Assembly (NCBI RefSeq): GCF_001194135.2
Contig: NC_068983.1
Span: forward strand, 154,054,764-154,089,150
Source: Octopus bimaculoides
Taxonomy: Eukaryota
Length of the DNA stretch: 34,387 nucleotides
Direction: 5' to 3'
The notes under the pieces: generated by a model
What the model saw: the letters and a program-made list of their open reading frames with translations, nothing else
What the model was told of the DNA's origin: nothing
The model's database searches: none
Shown: positions 1-10,120 of the stretch, piece by piece
Layout: every line of letters begins with the position of its first letter
How positions within the stretch are numbered: the stretch's first letter is position 1
Program-made: the position numbers and the translations under genes

Positions 1-304
1 CCTGTGGCATATGTCATAAGGTTTGTAAAACAATACCCGGACTTAAGAGACATATGCTGGTTCACAGAGGCGTTTCCTTAGAATCAGATACCAGCGAGCA
101 AGGATCAAGAGGCTTGAATATTTGTCATCTGTGCTGTAGACCTTGTCGCTCAGCAGCCGGACTTCAAAGTCACTTGAGGGCTCACCAACGGAGTGATTGT
201 ACTGCGTGATGATATGTGTGGATTGTTGATGGGATGGCTATTGTCTGTCAAGATGGAGCGGTCGTCATATATATACATGTATATATATATGTGTGTGTGT
301 GTGT
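1..304 (+). mobile_element. 3' end of RTE-like LINE: ORF end, short 3' UTR and (TA)n/(TG)n tail
   Basis: Zinc-finger frame, then about 57 nt of UTR ending ATTGTCTGTCAAGATGGAGCGGTCGTC (to 266), directly followed by a TA/TG microsatellite (267-304). Clade assignment is from recalled motif knowledge. Confidence 0.7.
3..209 (+). CDS. 5'-partial reading frame: C-terminus of a non-LTR retrotransposon (RTE-like) ORF2 with two C2H2 zinc fingers
   Basis: Manual translation of frame 3 gives CGICHKVCKTIPGLKRHMLVHRGVSLESDTSEQGSRGLNICHLCCRPCRSAAGLQSHLRAHQRSDCTA, stop TGA at 207-209. It contains two C-x2-C-x12-H-x3-H fingers. The CxxCxRxCxSxxGLxSHxRxH form is typical of RTE-clade ORF2 ends. It is absent from the ORF track because it runs off the window edge. 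Confidence 0.8.
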   Translation, partial: CGICHKVCKTIPGLKRHMLVHRGVSLESDTSEQGSRGLNICHLCCRPCRSAAGLQSHLRAHQRSDCTA

Positions 305-374
305 AAAGTGTTAGCTGTGATGTACAGAATTAAATATTGAATATATATATATACATATATACATATATATATAT

Positions 375-659
375 AGAATTTCTAACCATTTCTCGTGCTT
401 TAGAGATAGGAAGAAAATGGTTAGCACTAGTCTTAGCAAATACATCTGGGATCTTAAGGAAGGTAATAAACAGTATTCGTTAGAATGGTCTATAATAGCT
501 AGATCAATGCCATATGAGAGAGGAAGAAAGTATTGCTCGCTCTGTACAGTAGAACTATGCCACATACTCTTCTCTAAGGATAAATTGATCAATAAAGTAA
601 AGAATAATGCTCTGAAATGTACGCATATCATAAGAAGTACGTTTCGTTGGTATAAATGA
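375..659 (+). mobile_element. Penelope-like element remnant: C-terminal part of the GIY-YIG endonuclease region (lineage 1)
   Basis: Open frame RISNHFSCFRDRKKMVSTSLSKYIWDLKEGNKQYSLEWSIIARSMPYERGRKYCSLCTVELCHILFSKDKLINKVKNNALKCTH. It matches the recalled PLE pattern R-x-x-NH..F...T-x-LSKYIW..W-x-I..PY...CxLC...LNK...C-x-H. It begins directly after a (TA)n tract. Confidence 0.75.
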
Positions 660-1377
660 TCTTAAGATGTGATGAAGTACAACATGAAGTCTCATGTATG
701 TTTGTGTATGTGCAATTATGCATATATGGATGAGTTCATATAAGTGTGTGTTTGTGTATATATGAAAGATATGNNNNNNNNNNNNNNNNNNNNNNNNNNN
801 NNNNNNNNNNNNNNNNNNNNNNNNNNNNNNNNNNNNNNNNNNNNNNNNNNNNNNNNNNNNNNNNNNNNNNNNNNNNNNNNNNNNNNNNNNNNNNNNNNNN
901 NNNNNNNNNNNNNNNNNNNNNNNNNNNNNNNNNNNNNNNNNNNNNNNNNNNNNNNNNNNNNNNNNNNNNNNNNNNNNNNNNNNNNNNNNNNNNNNNNNNN
1001 NNNNNNNNNNNNNNNNNNNNNNNNNNNNNNNNNNNNNNNNNNNNNNNNNNNNNNNNNNNNNNNNNNNNNNNNNNNNNNNNNNNNNNNNNNNNNNNNNNNN
1101 NNNNNNNNNNNNNNNNNNNNNNNNNNNNNNNNNNNNNNNNNNNNNNNNNNNNNNNNNNNNNNNNNNNNNNNNNNNNNNNNNNNNNNNNNNNNNNNNNNNN
1201 NNNNNNNNNNNNNNNNNNNNNNNNNNNNNNNNNNNNNNNNNNNNNNNNNNNNNNNNNNNNNNNNNNNNNNNNNNNNNNNNNNNNNNNNNNNNNNNNNATA
1301 TATATATATATATACATCTGTATACATCTGTATATCTGTATTATGTACTTTTATATGTATTTGCATATTATCCGAAG

Positions 1378-1429
1378 AAATAGGGCACTGGGTGTTTGGA
1401 CTGGTTACAAATTATTTCGCATATAAAGT
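1378..1429 (+). CDS. Candidate internal exon, unverified ((E)IGHWVFGLVTNYFAYK-V)
   Basis: Open frame ends in a phase-2 donor AAAGT|GTAAGC at 1430. The upstream acceptor is weak (GAAG at 1377 or TAG at 1383). No homolog recognised. Confidence 0.2.
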
Positions 1430-1761
1430 GTAAGCCGTGACTTCCTCTTTTAAATGTCTTAAGCTGTTTCAGTCAGTAGAAAGAACTAAGTAAAAGCGCT
1501 TGCTAATTAAATGAAAACCGTAAGTTTTGTTGTTTACTCAGTTATACGAAGAGAAATGATGCTTGAATCACGGTGGTTATTGTAAAACAACGTCAAATGC
1601 GTGTCTATTGAAATTTGAGATGCAGCTATATTTTCGGTTTGCCATATACAAATAGATAGAGAGAGAGAGAGAGAGAGGAAGAGAGATGATTGAGTTTATG
1701 GTGAGAACATGAGAAAGGCCTGTACTTAACACTGCAATAAATGTTTTTTTGTTTTAAACAG

Positions 1762-1864
1762 GTTTTCTTGGGAGTCTACGTATCATGGATTGCCGCTCCG
1801 CGTTCCGTTAACTCCAATTTCAAGAAAACTGAAGAAATATTTGAATATGATAGCCTGCATATAG
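1762..1864 (+). CDS. Candidate terminal exon, unverified (FSWESTYHGLPLRVPLTPISRKLKKYLNMIACI*)
   Basis: Acceptor TGTTTTTTTGTTTTAAACAG| at 1761, with a branch-like CTTAAC about 30 nt upstream. The phase-2 frame is compatible with the 1430 donor. The phase-0 frame is also open for 41 codons. No homolog recognised. Confidence 0.3.
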
Positions 1865-2470
1865 TGTATGGATATTGTGTTGCATAGAGTATCTTAATGT
1901 TTTACAATATAACTTGTATTTAGAATACAGATATGTAGAAAAACCGCTAGTTAAAACAAAAAAAAAACTTGCTGTATAAACAAATATATAAAATAATGAA
2001 AATGGAAAATTTTGAAATGTGATTATGTAAAAGAAATAAAACATTTAATTAAACACGATAAAAAGGAAAAATCGCCAGGAAATTAGAAATAATGAAAGCA
2101 AATGTTACGATTTTGTCGTGGAGATAGAATTTGTTTTTAATACTTCCTTGATATGTATATGGAAGGGTGTTTCTGGAATCATCTAATTTACTTTAAATGT
2201 GATCGTACTGATTTCTCGTCCTTCAATGTATTTATATTGCTTTTATTTTACCGAGATGATAAAATCAATAGATGGATTGATATAAATGACTTCCTGATCT
2301 TTATTTATTTCAGGGAAAGTTATACAAATCTAGGTCTACTACTTTTGTTTATGTGTACTTTAACATAACAGATTAATGCTTATAAGGACAACTGCCTAGC
2401 GACAATATTTCGGCAGAGATGTAACAGGTTTAAGAAGAGAAATAATTATTCATGTTTACAAATTAAAATA

Positions 2471-2682
2471 CAGGGTGTCCACAAAGTCTGGGTGCATGGA
2501 GTAAATAAAATCATAACATAAGCATTTAAATATAAGAAATAATAATTTCTTAAAGTATGTGTTAATCCCCATGTGTGTACATGGAGTAAATAAAATCATA
2601 ACGTAAACAATTAAATGTAAGAAATAATAATTTCTTAAAGTAAGTGTTAATCCACATGTACCCAGACTTTGTGGACACCCTG
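2471..2682. mobile_element. Tc1/mariner-derived MITE, 212 bp, TA target-site duplication
   Basis: 28-bp TIRs CAGGGTGTCCACAAAGTCTGGGT(G/A)CATG at 2471-2498 and 2655-2682 (27/28 match). TA at 2469-2470 and 2683-2684. The interior is a tandem duplication with an 85-bp period. Confidence 0.92.
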
Positions 2683-3167
2683 TAGTTTGGACAACTAGCA
2701 AACATAACTACTTGGGTGAAGAGAAACTGGAGTACAAAAAGCAAAAGTATTACTACATATTTAGCTAATCTTAATCAAATTTTTGTTGAAAATATATAAT
2801 AAATATAGTAATCCCTGTAAATCTTAGGCTATATTTCAAATTAACATTTGAATCTCCTCACAAAATATTTCGGCTAGTGTATTGCATTCATCTGAAAGAC
2901 GACCATTGGTCAGAACTTCAATATAGCATTGATGAAGTGTAGCGAATTTCTCAGTTCCTAGTTATCTGAAGTAATATGAACTAGTGCCGAAGTTTTGTAA
3001 ACACTATTACATGTGCTTTAGTTTGAGTCATAAGGTATTTGCGTTTATACAACGCTCCATGGATTTTGGAGAATTGTATAAATATATTGAGTTCTTGTTT
3101 CAAATGATTTGAAAAGTATTATTTACGCGTTCTTAATCTTTGTTTTTTTTTGTTTTGTTTTTTTCAG

Positions 3168-3257
3168 GCTGAAAAGATCTGCTCCAAAAATACCGTGTGC
3201 ATTGCTCACCGTGCATTAATATCCTTTGCTCTAAACTCCATTATATCGTTACCATAA
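3168..3257 (+). other. Strong 3' splice-acceptor-like site with a short downstream frame (candidate exon)
   Basis: T tract of about 27 nt plus CAG ending at 3167, with TCTTAAT upstream. The phase-0 frame reads AEKICSKNTVCIAHRALISFALNSIISLP*. No donor or homolog identified. Confidence 0.2.
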
Positions 3258-3315
3258 ACAAAGAAAACAGATGAACCGTTGTCAAATATAAAACCAACAC
3301 GATTTTCTTGTCCTT

Positions 3316-3398
3316 ATTATTATCATAATAATAATAATCATCATCATCACCATCATCATCATCAACATCACCATCATCATCATCATCATCATCATCAA

Positions 3399-3464
<66 letters not shown>

Positions 3465-3473
3465 CATCGTCAT
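3316..3473. repeat. Compound trinucleotide microsatellite (CAT)n then (TAT)n
   Basis: Direct reading. It explains the poly-H, poly-Y, poly-I and poly-M ORFs at 3279-3545. Confidence 0.97.
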
Positions 3474-3757
3474 CATGTATCCTTCATTATTCTGCCTACT
3501 TCCATTTTATACATCTCATTTATCGCACCATATAGTGCAATTTAAGTAGGCGACCGAGCTTGGCTCGCTATCTGTGGTAGAGAGTATCTNNNNNNNNNNN
3601 NNNNNNNNNNNNNNNNNNNNNNNNNNNNNNNNNNNNNNNNNNNNNNNNNNNNNNNNNNNNNNNNNNNNNNNNNNNNNNNNNNNNNNNNNNNNNNNNNNNN
3701 NNNNNNNNNNNNNNNNNNNNNNNNNNNNNNNNNNNNNNNNNNNNNNNNNNNNNNNNN

Positions 3758-3790
<33 letters not shown>

Positions 3791-4354
3791 TCTATCTATC
3801 TATATATCTATCTATGTTTGAGAGTACTTGTGAATCGAACAATAATGGGACCGATCTTGAGAGTAATTTTCATTCGGAAGAGAACACGGGCTGTATCTAT
3901 CTATTTATCGAAGGTCTGCCCGAAGACGTACCGAAAGTGTTGTGGTCTGTAAAGTGTATCTCTTACGCAATATTCATTGATTATTCGAAGTTATGCATGT
4001 ATGTATAATAACAAAACAGAGAATAGCTATTTATTCGCAGCTATACTCAGTTTCTCGTTCAGACATCAGATATAATTTATGAACCTTCAAATGAACTACA
4101 ATCTGTCCACAGATATCGTCATATTTTGTCTCGTTCTCATTATGCACACCCGCGTGTTTTGGGTGTGTGTGTTTTGTGTGTGTGTGTTTTGCGCGCGCGC
4201 GTGTGTGTTTTGTGTGGGAGGTATAAGAAAGGGAAAGGGAGAACGTAAGGTCTAGCAAACGAAACAGATAGATAAATAGAGAGGTAAATACGTGCACATG
4301 CGTGGCACAAGATGTATAATTCTATCTTCCTCGAAAATAAGTGTGCTTTTTCGT

Positions 4355-4390
4355 TTTATAAAACGTGTTTAATTTATAAAACGTGTTTAA
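4355..4390. repeat. Perfect 18-bp tandem duplication
   Basis: TTTATAAAACGTGTTTAA twice. Confidence 0.9.
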
Positions 4391-5149
4391 TTATATCATA
4401 AAAATACTCATTCCTTTTTTTTAGTTTGTTTGAAATGCATCACTGTTATAAAAATATCTTCAAATATAAAGGTCTGAAATTAGTCTTGATGTTCTTGGAA
4501 CAGAATGCAAATAAAAAAAAAATGTATTCAAAATATATTCAATTGACCTGATGGTATTTCAAGCAAAATGCTAATCGTAATACTATAGAGACAATTGTGT
4601 TATTATCTTTCTTTTTACATTTACTCCTTTCGCTGTTGTCTATTATTTAATATAACGAGAAGTGATTCAAAGCTTCTCTTTGTACGTTGACAGAATTTTG
4701 CATTTATTTTTTTCCATTTCTTTTTGTTCCATTTCTTTGCTAATGCCAGAGGAGATTCAAAAGTTAGTAAATTGGGGATTGGTGTTGCTAATTATTTTCC
4801 TGGCTCCAGTTTTCGACGCACGTGTGTAGGGCACCACACTATGTCTAGTGTCGATTGAAAGAATAATGTCAGACCAAGTTTAAATTTGTGATTATGTAGA
4901 TTTAATACAAATCATCAATTATGAAAGCGGAGTTGAAAGCAAAGGCAACAAGTGAAAATAGAAACAAACAAAACAATACAAATAGCAATGACACAGAAGC
5001 AATTATCTAAGTTTTCGTCAAAACAGGAAACGAATGTAAGTAAAATATATACTATATATAAAAATAAACGAGACATGAAACGGATGATATGAACACAAAA
5101 CAAAACAAAACAAAAAATAATTGTCATGTGGACATTGTTTTAGCATATA

Positions 5150-5285
5150 TGTGCGCATGCATGTGTTTGTGTGTTTGTGTGTGTGTGTGTATTCATGTGT
5201 GTATGTATGCAAGCTTGTACGTATGTGTTTGCGCTTGCCTGTGTCCGCCTGCTTGTGTGTGTGTGTATGTGTGTGTGTGTGTGTC

Positions 5286-5317
<32 letters not shown>

Positions 5318-5332
5318 CGTGTGTGTGCGTGT
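5150..5332. repeat. Degenerate (GT)n microsatellite
   Basis: Direct reading. Confidence 0.95.
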
Positions 5333-6138
5333 AGATCAACAAAATATGTTTCGATATTTATTGCTAGAGGGTCAACGAAAAGAGTTTCCGTTGTACTGTG
5401 TTGTACTTTTGTACATAAATTTTAGCTTTGATTAGTACTAATAAAGCAGAATTATAGCGCTCAATTAACTGTTCGACTTTTCTACTTCTGTATTACAGAT
5501 TTAAGAAATGCTGCAACTATATCATTTATGTTTTCATAGATGAGGATTAACCGTATATTTCAACATGCAGTTTCTTTGTCGCATACTGTATTCTTTGGCG
5601 AAGTCAACATGATGCTTTTTTACTTTTTTCTATCATTGCCCTATCTTTTCTTTCATGGCTGCAGATTCGGATGCTGATGTCGAAGTAATAGAGTAACATG
5701 AACTAAATCGGAATACCAGATTTATTGTTGTTCTGTAAAGTTACTGTTGTTCTGGATCAACTGGTTATTAACGTAAATACTAATTTGGTATGTATGTCTT
5801 TGTTTTGTCTGAAGTGTGTTTTTCGTGTGACGTGCGTTATATCAATAATATTCGTGGAATGTATATTATTATTGCACTATATAATAAAGTCATTGGTTTC
5901 TTTGGCGAGTGATTATATACGAGGTAGAAAGGACAGTCAAAGTTGCAACATGCTGCTGCAGCAAATTAGCTTTGTCATATGTCAAGGTGACTATTGTTTA
6001 TGGATATTTTTCCTCCGTTAGGTGCAGTGTATGCAGTATTTATAAATGGTATATGTGCTATTGTATTTTCTATGGAATACCGTTGTAGTATGTTGCGGAA
6101 GAAACAGAGGTCATGGAACTCAAATTGTCAAATAATGC

Positions 6139-6390
6139 ATGTGGCCCAATGGTTAGGGCACTAGGGTCACGATCATAAGGTTATCGATTCTAAGCCGAAA
6201 GTGGGTAGTACGTGGTATCCCTGAACAGGGCATTTAACTTTATGTTGCTTCACTCTACTCAGCTGAAATGAGAACCACTCGACTATCATGTAACTGTATC
6301 CCACTTCAACAAGAAGTCCGAATATGATACATGTCAACATGCCATACTTGTTTGCATGTGTGAGTGACAGGACGCAGGACACTGAGAATT
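6139..6390 (+). mobile_element. Degenerate tRNA-headed SINE (head group C)
   Basis: Head GCATGTGGCCCAATGGTTAGGGCAC has an A-box-like motif and a degenerate B box (GTTATCGATTCTAAGCC). The head is similar to those at 16157 and 26322. The 3' boundary is approximate. Confidence 0.65.
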
Positions 6391-6764
6391 CTGGAAAGAA
6401 TGAAGAAAGTTATCAGGGAAGAAATTTGACCCATATAATCACAAGAGACTGGATTCTAGTAAAAGCACCCTCTGATGAATAGTTAATATTAAACTGATGA
6501 CGGATAAAATCAAACGCATAAGGACAGAAGCAGTCATTACGACGAGGTTCCACCCAGTTTGTATCTATCAAATTTTTGCTTGCAAATTTAAACCTCCACA
6601 AGACTCATATAACCTCCACAGTTGGATTGAATTAAAATCACGTTGCTCGTTCCTGTGTCAATAATTTAGGACTGATCTAATATATATGGTATACACGTGT
6701 ATTGTGGATTCTTTTTGTTAGCTATAACGCACGTGCGTGGAACACACAATTTCTCTTGTTTTAG

Positions 6765-6839
6765 AAGAGATACCATTGCGATAAGACTTATCGCATGTAT
6801 TGTAAATGTTGAACCAGAAGAAGCACGTTGCATTTCCAG
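6765..6839 (+). CDS. Candidate 75-nt internal exon, phase 2-2 (RDTIAIRLIACIVNVEPEEARCIS), unverified
   Basis: Acceptor AATTTCTCTTGTTTTAG| at 6764 and donor CCAG|GTACGT at 6840. Length is divisible by 3 and only one frame is open. No homolog recognised. Confidence 0.4.
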
Positions 6840-6869
6840 GTACGTTTGCTTCCATTTGTTGATAAGAAA

Positions 6870-6922
<53 letters not shown>

Positions 6923-7173
6923 ATATATGTGTGGGGTGTATTTGAGTATTTATAGAAATATACATACACACACACACACACACACACACACTTCTTCCTC
7001 GTTGTTAATGGCATTTTAAACACTCCATCCATGACTTCTTTCAGAAGGCCTATCAATCCCGCAGTAGATCTATAGTGTTTGAAGCATAGATTACAGACAA
7101 AAGTTGTAACTCACTGCAAGTTTCCATGTTACCACTTTTTCGTATATATATAGGTATGTATGTATGTATGTAT

Positions 7174-7479
7174 GTATATATATTAATGTGTTCAGTGTGT
7201 CCAGAACTATATAATGGTCAAACTAAAAACAGACTACTCCAGGGGATGATGGTACATAGATCCCAGATTAAAATACGGGAATACAGAAAAATAGGATTAA
7301 GCCAGCACATCAATATTTGCGCAACTAATGAACAAACCAGCTTTAGAATTTTTCCCCTCTATAAATTCATGGAAAATGCAGACTATAATCTGCGCATTAG
7401 CGAAGATGCACATTTTATCGCAAAATATAGAACTCTTTTGAATGCTTCTACCACAGATGAAACTATTACAAGAATTTAG
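7174..7479 (+). mobile_element. Penelope-like element remnant: GIY-YIG endonuclease domain (lineage 2)
   Basis: VYILMCSVCPELYNGQTKNRLLQGMMVHRSQIKIREYRKIGLSQHINICA...IFPLYK...LRISEDAHFIAKYRTLLN. This fits the GIY-YIG layout of VIY..CxxC..YIGQT..RxxxH..H..E..FI..LN with some decayed residues. Confidence 0.82.
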
Positions 7480-7629
7480 AACAATTCCAACCACTACTGC
7501 TACGATCACAACGGGTCACTTTTAGGTCATTTGACCATTAAAGAAAATTCCACGAACAATCTAGTGTCACACCACTCTGGTGTTTTTCTTTTCTTTCCCC
7601 TTCTTCCCGTTCTTTCCCTATTCTTACTT

Positions 7630-7730
7630 CTCTTCTTCTTCTTCTTCTTCTTCTTCTTCTTCTTCTTCTTCTTCTTCTTCTTCTTCTTCTTCTTTTTCTT
7701 CTCCTTTTCTTCTTTTTCTTCTTCTTCTGT
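7630..7730. repeat. (TTC)n microsatellite
   Basis: Direct reading. It explains the poly-F and poly-S ORFs. Confidence 0.97.
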
Positions 7731-8416
7731 TTCTCCTTCTTCTCCTCTCTCGGCTGCTCCTGCTTAAACCATCAATTCTCTGTACTCATAAAACTATTTC
7801 TTCAGATTTGCGACTACCTACCAATCATTCACAAAGGAAGAGAGACAGACAGGCTATGAAAATATTTACCTATTTGAAGACTATGGAAATATTTACAAAA
7901 CATTTCACTTATATTTTTTTGCGCCAATTTAATTGTTTTTCTTATCTTACTCTTAGTTGAAAACGTCTAAAAGACGGAAACCGGTACTAAAATGTACTCC
8001 ATGATAAAATTATTTTAGCATTTTTTCTACGTTGTCTTATTTCCCTTATCCATATCAACTGGTATTGCTAGAGATAGATGTATGTATGTATGTATGTATG
8101 TATGTATGTGTATATATATATATNNNNNNNNNNNNNNNNNNNNNNNNNNNNNNNNNNNNNNNNNNNNNNNNNNNNNNNNNNNNNNNNNNNNNNGGGGGGT
8201 GTGTATGTGTGTGGGTGTGTGTGTGTTTGTTTGTGTGTGTGTGTGTGTGTGTGGGTGTGTATAAAATGACACAACAAAACCAAGGCTGTGTGGAATTTAT
8301 AGGACATTTATGAATAGAAGGGTAGTCTTACAGCTGTTTCTGAGATATTAGGGATATCTCTTCATAAGAAATTATATGAGAGAGAGATAGAGTTCAATAT
8401 AAGAAATTATTTTGGA

Positions 8417-8501
8417 AATGGATGGATATAGGAAGTATAAAGGGAAATAATAGAATATGTGTGTACGTACCTTCATATAGATACACTTTCGCAAATACAG
8501 A
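8417..8501. repeat. 85-bp dispersed direct repeat, copy 1 (partner at 15404-15488)
   Basis: Ungapped 82/85 identity by manual comparison. Confidence 0.93.
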
Positions 8502-8685
8502 GTTGCACAACCGTCTTTTGTCGAACCACCTGTTCTTCAACGCATGCTTTTTCATATACCTGTGTGCGTTTGTGCCTACTTACTTTTGCATATGGATGTA
8601 GATAACTGTACACGTATGGGCGTATACGTGTTAGGAATGTATATACAAATCATAAGCTAGTTAGGGTTTATATATACTTTCTACT

Positions 8686-9213
8686 CAGACGTGGTTTTGT
8701 GGTAGGAAGATTGCTTCTCGGCCACTCGGTTCCGGGATCAAACCCAGTGCATAGCACCTTGGGCAAGGGTCTTCTACTATAACTTCGGGCCGATCAAAGC
8801 CTTGTGAGTGGATTTTGTAAACGGAAACTAAAAGAAGTCGTTGTATATATGTGTGTTATTTCTTTACTACCCACAAGAGGCTACACACAGAGAGAACAAA
8901 CAAGGACAAACAAACGGATTAAGTCGATTATAACGACCCCAGTGCGTAACTGGTACTTATTTAATCGACCCCGAAAGGATGAAAGCAAAGTCGACCTCGG
9001 CGGAATTTGAACTCAGAACGTAGCGGCACACGAAATAACGGTAGGCATTTCGCCCGGCGTGCTAACGTTTCTGCCAGCTCACCGCCTTAAATATATGTGT
9101 GTGTCTACATTTATGCGTGTGTCTGTGATTGTTGGTGTGTTTATGTCTCCGTAACTAAGCGGTTCAGCAAGAAGACCAATAGAATAGGATTACAAAGAAT
9201 AAGACCTGGTGTT
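8686..9213 (+). mobile_element. tRNA-headed SINE group B, interrupted by a group A copy and 3'-truncated
   Basis: Head CAGACGTGGTTTTGTGGTAGGAAG...GGTTCCGGGATCAAACCC...CACCTTGGGCAAG. The body resumes at about 9103 and aligns with the B copies at 12388 and 20341. Confidence 0.85.
8857..9090 (-). mobile_element. tRNA-headed SINE group A, full length, nested in group B
   Basis: The reverse strand reads GGCGGTGAGCTGGCAGAAACGTTAGC...GAGTTCAAATTCCGCCGAGGTCGAC (A and B boxes). It is flanked by the direct repeat ATATATGTGTGT at 8845-8856 and 9091-9102. Confidence 0.92.
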
Positions 9214-9236
9214 ATTGCTGAGATTATTTATGGTAA

Positions 9237-9430
9237 GTAAGGCGGTGAGCTAACAAAATGCTTAGCAGTATTTCGCCAGTCGCTACATTCTGAGTTCAAA
9301 TTCCGCCGACGTTGATTTTGCTTTTTACCCTTTCGGGGTCGATAAATTCAGTACCAGTGAAACGCGGGTCGATGCAGTCGACTAGTTCCCTCCCCAAAAA
9401 TTTCAGCGCTTTTATTAGAAAGGATTATTT
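9237..9430 (+). mobile_element. SINE group A (alternative tail variant) with target-site duplication
   Basis: GGCGGTGAGCT...GAGTTCAAATTCCGCC...TCGGGGTCGATAAATTCAGTACCAG. Direct repeat GATTATTTATGGTAA at 9222-9236 and 9423-9437, partly overlapping the tail. Confidence 0.9.
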
Positions 9431-9972
9431 ATGGTAATTTATAGTGGAAGGAGTTTCTATACTTAGCCGTTGTAGCAATTTATAGGGTTAAAACGTCTTT
9501 AAGTTTTAACGACTGCGTGTGTTGATATTTGCAGTAGTGAAGCGTATACGTGCCACTGATCATTCAAAACGATCCCTTGAGCTATTTTCTTACATTTACC
9601 AGATATTTATCCATATATTCCAAAGTGCATACCCTTTTCCTTCTTCAATATATACGTCGCTCATTGGAATAGAGATGGCTGCTACTGTATATGATTTGCA
9701 GATATTTAGCAAGGTTGAAGCATATCCATTGCTTTCAACTGTTAACAATGAAGAACAATCTCACACGATTGTAATGTCTTATATGTAAAACGCTTAAATC
9801 AGCCGATAGCTTTGTCGTTATATTTCGCAACTGTTGATTTTAAATTTTACACACACCCTGAAGTGTTTCTTTCCTCTTTTCTTTATTCTTTCTTTCCTCT
9901 TCTTTTTTTATATTTTGACTTCTTATTGCAACGGTCATCTGTTGATAAATTTCCTAGATTCGTATGCATAAG

Positions 9973-10018
9973 TTATATATATATATATATATATACACAT
10001 ACATATATATACACACAC

Positions 10019-10099
<81 letters not shown>

Positions 10100-10120
10100 C
10101 GTGTGTGTGTGTGTGTGCGT
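9973..10120. repeat. Compound (TA)n/(TATG)n/(TG)n microsatellite
   Basis: Direct reading. Similar tracts lie at 10745-10875, 11390-11545, 11665-11710, 13295-13506, 15750-15820, 16010-16150, 16625-16690, 19630-19770, 21880-21926 and 27940-28086. Confidence 0.95.

Noticed and set aside
669-689. Hammerhead-like GTGATGA...GAAG just after the PLE stop codon
   Set aside because: PLEs often carry hammerheads, but both core boxes are mutated here and stem II does not pair. An Infernal/RNAMotif search would be needed.
3279-3545. His/Tyr-rich ORF
   Set aside because: It is a translation of the (CAT)n(TAT)n microsatellite.
4743-4829. Short ORF MPEEIQKLVNWGLVLLIIFLAPVFDARV* that looks like a signal peptide
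   Set aside because: It is 28 codons long with no convincing donor to extend it, and is expected by chance.
6469-6515. Two CTGATGA motifs (hammerhead core-like)
   Set aside because: There is no correctly placed GAAA box or supporting stems.
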